Positions 60,664 to 64,000 of a stretch of DNA of 64,000 nt are shown in pieces. Below the pieces are notes generated by a model. It ran no database searches and had not been told where the DNA came from. It worked only from the letters and a program-made list of their open reading frames with translations. The stretch lies in the NCBI GenBank assembly GCA_031549365.1, contig JAVBPX010000001.1:64001-128000 (forward strand). The letters are read 5' to 3'. This DNA is from Alphaproteobacteria bacterium. Its GTDB lineage: Bacteria > Pseudomonadota > Alphaproteobacteria > Rs-D84. The stretch's first letter is position 1, and every line of letters starts with the position of its first letter. The position numbers and the translations under genes are program-made.

Positions 60664-61362
60664 TTAAAACAATATATGCAAACGTCCACCAATTGTTAAA
60701 TCAGATTCATCAATTGCATACGACATATATCCAACCCATTGTGTGCGTCCATAAATTTTGTTCAATCCCAAATTAATGAATATGTCATCGAAATCGGATT
60801 CTGTTGATTTTCTGAACGTTACACCCAAATTACTGGACCAGCTTTCTGTAAACCTGAACTGCATTTCTGGTGTAAAATCAATGTTTGCAAAACCATCATC
60901 ATGATCAAAAACCCATGATGTTTTCAAAGTTCCCGTAAATGTAACATTTTTACGAACAGTACCGCCACGAATTCCCAATGTATAAATCGTGTGATAATAT
61001 TCTGGGACATCATCTTTGGCACCAAATCGAATGTCCGCCAATGCGTCGTAAATCATTGACCCCTCGGCCAAACGAACAACCGTTCCGATTTGAACATTTG
61101 CTAATCCGTCTTCGTCGCTATTTAAATCTTCGCGATAACGAATTGCGCCCCAAACAGAAGTATTTGGAGTAACACCCCACAATACTTTTTCTGAAATTTC
61201 TGCAACTTCATGGGTAAAAGATAACCCTGTTGTTGATAAAATGTCATTGCGCGCGGCCATCCATAATGGATCTTCCATGTTTGTTGAAAATGGTCTTTCT
61301 GCCGCCATGGATGCACTTGGCAATACCAATAAACCGGCCAAAATTACTAAATAACGTTTCAT
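60664..61362 (-). CDS. Outer-membrane beta-barrel protein
   Basis: Signal peptide, alternating beta strands, C-terminal Phe. Confidence 0.7.
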   Translation of the reverse strand: MKRYLVILAGLLVLPSASMAAERPFSTNMEDPLWMAARNDILSTTGLSFTHEVAEISEKVLWGVTPNTSVWGAIRYREDLNSDEDGLANVQIGTVVRLAEGSMIYDALADIRFGAKDDVPEYYHTIYTLGIRGGTVRKNVTFTGTLKTSWVFDHDDGFANIDFTPEMQFRFTESWSSNLGVTFRKSTESDFDDIFINLGLNKIYGRTQWVGYMSYAIDESDLTIGGRLHILF

Positions 61363-61379
61363 ATTATATGCTCTTTAAA

Positions 61380-62591
61380 TTAAAAATATATCTTTAAACC
61401 AACGCCAACATTGTATTCGCTGCTGTTGTCGATTTTGCCAGTGTACAATTGTTTTCTGACACCTTGGTATACGCGTTCCAACGTCATGTTGTCACCATCA
61501 CCACTATCCCACAATACCATTGACCCGAACACATCCAAAGCAACATATTTATTGAATTGGTATCCCAAATCAGCCCTGGCACCCCATTTTTGATGCCAAC
61601 CAAAATCCCCGATTGCTGTGGATAAATCCAAAGACAATCCGTTCCCGAACGCAGTAAACACACCGACAGTTCCTTCGACGTATACATGATTTTTCCCGTC
61701 TTCCAATACAATAATGTACTGTGCGGCATCCGCTGGATTTACAACACCGATTCCACGCTCTTCGTCATCATACATTGCAATATAAACGTCTGCGGCTGCA
61801 TACAATGTAGACATTTGCATTTTATACCCAACTCTGCCATCCAAAACAAACTGGGACGAAGCATCTTGTTTTGTATACATTAATGATGTGCGCGTAACGA
61901 TCTTGCTGTCTTCGTATGGGCGATATGTAACACCAACACCATAATCATCCAAACCAGAATCACTCTCTTTTAATCCGATAAATTTATAATCTGAATCATG
62001 ATATAATCCGACAACAAAAATTGCGAAATTATCTGTGATTCCAACGCCGAATTCTTGGGTAATATCCAATGATTTTCCCCGCCATTCTGCCACATCACCA
62101 ACAACTGCTGGATTTCCATTTACCAACAACGGGTTATCCAGAGGATCCAAAATTGCACCAACCTTGAAATCCAAATCATATTTATGAAAAGCGGCTTCGG
62201 TTGATGAAACAAAAGCACCCTCGCCCGGCATAAAGAATGGGTGTAACAATGTTTTCTCACGATTTTTTGTTGTCGTGGTGGTTGTTTTATCCCTATAATT
62301 TTTTGCTTTTACAGTCGTTTCACAATTGCTTGTTTTGCAACCATCATAATCATCATAAATGCTGGATGGAGTATAATACATATTTGCGCCACCGCGTGTT
62401 GGTTCTTGGACAGCATATGCGGATCCAGCAACCGTTTGGTTTGACGCATTATATTTATTCCATTCGATATTTTGCTTTGGCTGTTGTGCTTTTTGGGTCA
62501 AATTTGCTTGGTACGATGGATAACTAGCTGCATTCGCAACGCCAACAGAAAACAACCCCAGCGCTAACAGAGATACTTTTTTCATAAACAA
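61380..62591 (-). CDS. Outer-membrane beta-barrel protein with low-complexity N-terminal extension
   Basis: Signal peptide, Thr-rich linker, C-terminal VGVGLKIYF. Confidence 0.7.
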   Translation of the reverse strand: MFMKKVSLLALGLFSVGVANAASYPSYQANLTQKAQQPKQNIEWNKYNASNQTVAGSAYAVQEPTRGGANMYYTPSSIYDDYDGCKTSNCETTVKAKNYRDKTTTTTTKNREKTLLHPFFMPGEGAFVSSTEAAFHKYDLDFKVGAILDPLDNPLLVNGNPAVVGDVAEWRGKSLDITQEFGVGITDNFAIFVVGLYHDSDYKFIGLKESDSGLDDYGVGVTYRPYEDSKIVTRTSLMYTKQDASSQFVLDGRVGYKMQMSTLYAAADVYIAMYDDEERGIGVVNPADAAQYIIVLEDGKNHVYVEGTVGVFTAFGNGLSLDLSTAIGDFGWHQKWGARADLGYQFNKYVALDVFGSMVLWDSGDGDNMTLERVYQGVRKQLYTGKIDNSSEYNVGVGLKIYF

Positions 62592-62648
62592 CTCCTATGT
62601 TTCATCCGTTGATTATATCACAAAAGCAATCCCCCTCCAAATGTTTTT

Positions 62649-63287
62649 TTACTTTGGATTATGACTAAAAATATCCCTCTCGGACCATTCTAAATCCAAT
62701 AAAACCCTTGTTGGCAAAAATTCAAAACAAGAATTTGCAACATCCAACAAATTTTTATCCTCTAACATTTGTTCCAACACCAGTTTTAATTCATGCAAAA
62801 ACAACACATCGTTGGCTGCATATTCACGTTGCGGACGCGTTAAATCTTTGGACCAATCGGACATATTTTCTGACTTGTCCAATTCGATACCCAAAACCTC
62901 TTTTAATGAACGGGCCAGAGTATGCCCTTTTTTAGGCCGGGCCAATAAAACTGCAATTTTAGAACAAAATGTTGGCATTGCCCAAACGCCCAATTCTTTG
63001 TAAATCATCAATAAATCCATCCGGGCATAATGAAATATTTTTAAACATTTTTTATTTGATAAAACACGCTTTAAATTATCATATTCTACACCGCGCTTGA
63101 TCTGAACCAAATAAACATCGTCGCTGCCCTTGGCCTTTAATTGAACCAATAATAAACGATCTTCGTGAACATCAATACCTGTTAATTCAGTATCAACCGC
63201 CAATTCTTTGGTTTTTAATAAATCTTCGGCCATTTCATCCGATAAATCTTGTTTTAAATAAATTATGTTTGGCGCTGTCATAAACAT
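62649..63287 (-). CDS. rnd: Ribonuclease D-like 3'-5' exonuclease
   Basis: AVDTE, KIFHYAR.D, SDWS..L...Q..YAA.DV, DIFSH. Confidence 0.88.
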   Translation of the reverse strand: MFMTAPNIIYLKQDLSDEMAEDLLKTKELAVDTELTGIDVHEDRLLLVQLKAKGSDDVYLVQIKRGVEYDNLKRVLSNKKCLKIFHYARMDLLMIYKELGVWAMPTFCSKIAVLLARPKKGHTLARSLKEVLGIELDKSENMSDWSKDLTRPQREYAANDVLFLHELKLVLEQMLEDKNLLDVANSCFEFLPTRVLLDLEWSERDIFSHNPK

Positions 63288-63724
63288 GTCCTTTTTGCTT
63301 GATCCAAAAAATCATTTAATAAAATTGTCGCAGACATTTGATCCGTTGTTTCGCGTCGACGTGCTCTGGATAAATTTAATTCGCCCAATAATCTGGATTC
63401 TGCGGCCTTGGATGTTAAACGTTCGTCCATAAAAAATATTGGAAAATCAAACTGGGCCAATAATTTATCTGCAAATCCGCGAACTTTACCGGCCGTTTCA
63501 CCGATTGACCCGTCCATATTTTTTGGGTCCCCAATAACAATACCACCTATGTTATTCTCGGATATCATGGTTAAAATTGTATCTATTGCCCTGTCCTGAT
63601 TTTTTGCTTCAATTTGCGCCCTGGGTAACGCCATCACCATATCATAGTCAGACACAGCAATACCAATACGAACACTGCCCCAATCAATCGCCAAAACGCG
63701 CTTTTTTTGGGGGATTTTTGACAT
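63278..63724 (-). CDS. ruvX: Holliday junction resolvase-like / pre-16S rRNA nuclease RuvX (YqgF)
   Basis: LAID.G..RIGIAVSD, G.P.NMDG, DERLTS, D..SA. Confidence 0.93.
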   Translation of the reverse strand: MSKIPQKKRVLAIDWGSVRIGIAVSDYDMVMALPRAQIEAKNQDRAIDTILTMISENNIGGIVIGDPKNMDGSIGETAGKVRGFADKLLAQFDFPIFFMDERLTSKAAESRLLGELNLSRARRRETTDQMSATILLNDFLDQAKRTCL

Positions 63725-63792
63725 AAAATCCTTGCAACTTGTGTAAATCAATGGTATAACCTTCTATGTTTTATATAACCAAAGGTAGCATA

Positions 63793-64000
63793 ATGAGTAT
63801 TGATAAATCAAGTCTGAAAAAAATCGCAAAATCAGTATGCCTGGAAATAACCGATGAACAAATTGATAATTTGGATTTAATATCTGTTATTGAATGGGCC
63901 GGCGAAATTTCCCGTGTTGATACAAAAAATATTGAACCAATGTATCATATTCCAACGCATGCTATGATATTCCGTGATGATGTTGCCAATACTGGCGGGA
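63793..64000 (+). CDS. gatC: Asp/Glu-tRNA amidotransferase subunit C (partial, runs off window; not in ORF track)
   Basis: MSIDKSSLKKIAKSVCLEI...VIEWAGEISRVDTKNIEPM....FRDDVA; divergent from ruvX as in alphaproteobacteria. Confidence 0.85.
   Translation, partial: MSIDKSSLKKIAKSVCLEITDEQIDNLDLISVIEWAGEISRVDTKNIEPMYHIPTHAMIFRDDVANTGG

Overview
AT-rich chromosomal segment of a genome-reduced, probably anaerobic or host-associated alphaproteobacterium. The assignment rests on tolB, two asmA-family genes, mic60/mitofilin-hemY, the alpha-type XRE motif and ruvX-gatC synteny; the G|RSMIE pilin suggests an uncultured Rs-D84/RF32-like lineage (inference). Most of the window is housekeeping: aspS, gyrB, rpsD, uvrB, accD-accA fusion, ihfB, mlaA, trxB, class III RNR, sufBC, pgsA, uvrC, fba, parE, dnaJ, dnaN, dnaA, dprA, plsY, rpsT, rnd, ruvX and gatC. 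It also carries a chromosomal R64-type (type IVb) pilus operon. Best finding: a structurally complete T-box riboswitch upstream of a non-discriminating aspS (- strand, 7801-7944). It has the ultrashort-Stem-I architecture known from actinobacterial ileS, but with an Asn (AAC) specifier, in a class where T-boxes are not expected. Other notable items are a DnaA lacking several AAA+ regulatory residues, a split NrdD whose glycyl-radical domain is a separate 58-aa gene missed by the ORF track, a dead-HNH/SUKH/dead-NERD cluster, co-oriented REP-like palindromes, a 128-nt inverted repeat overlapping the trxB stop, three tandem orphan paralogs and an ACAAA-repeat frameshift. All calls come from reading motifs by eye; no searches or folding programs were run.
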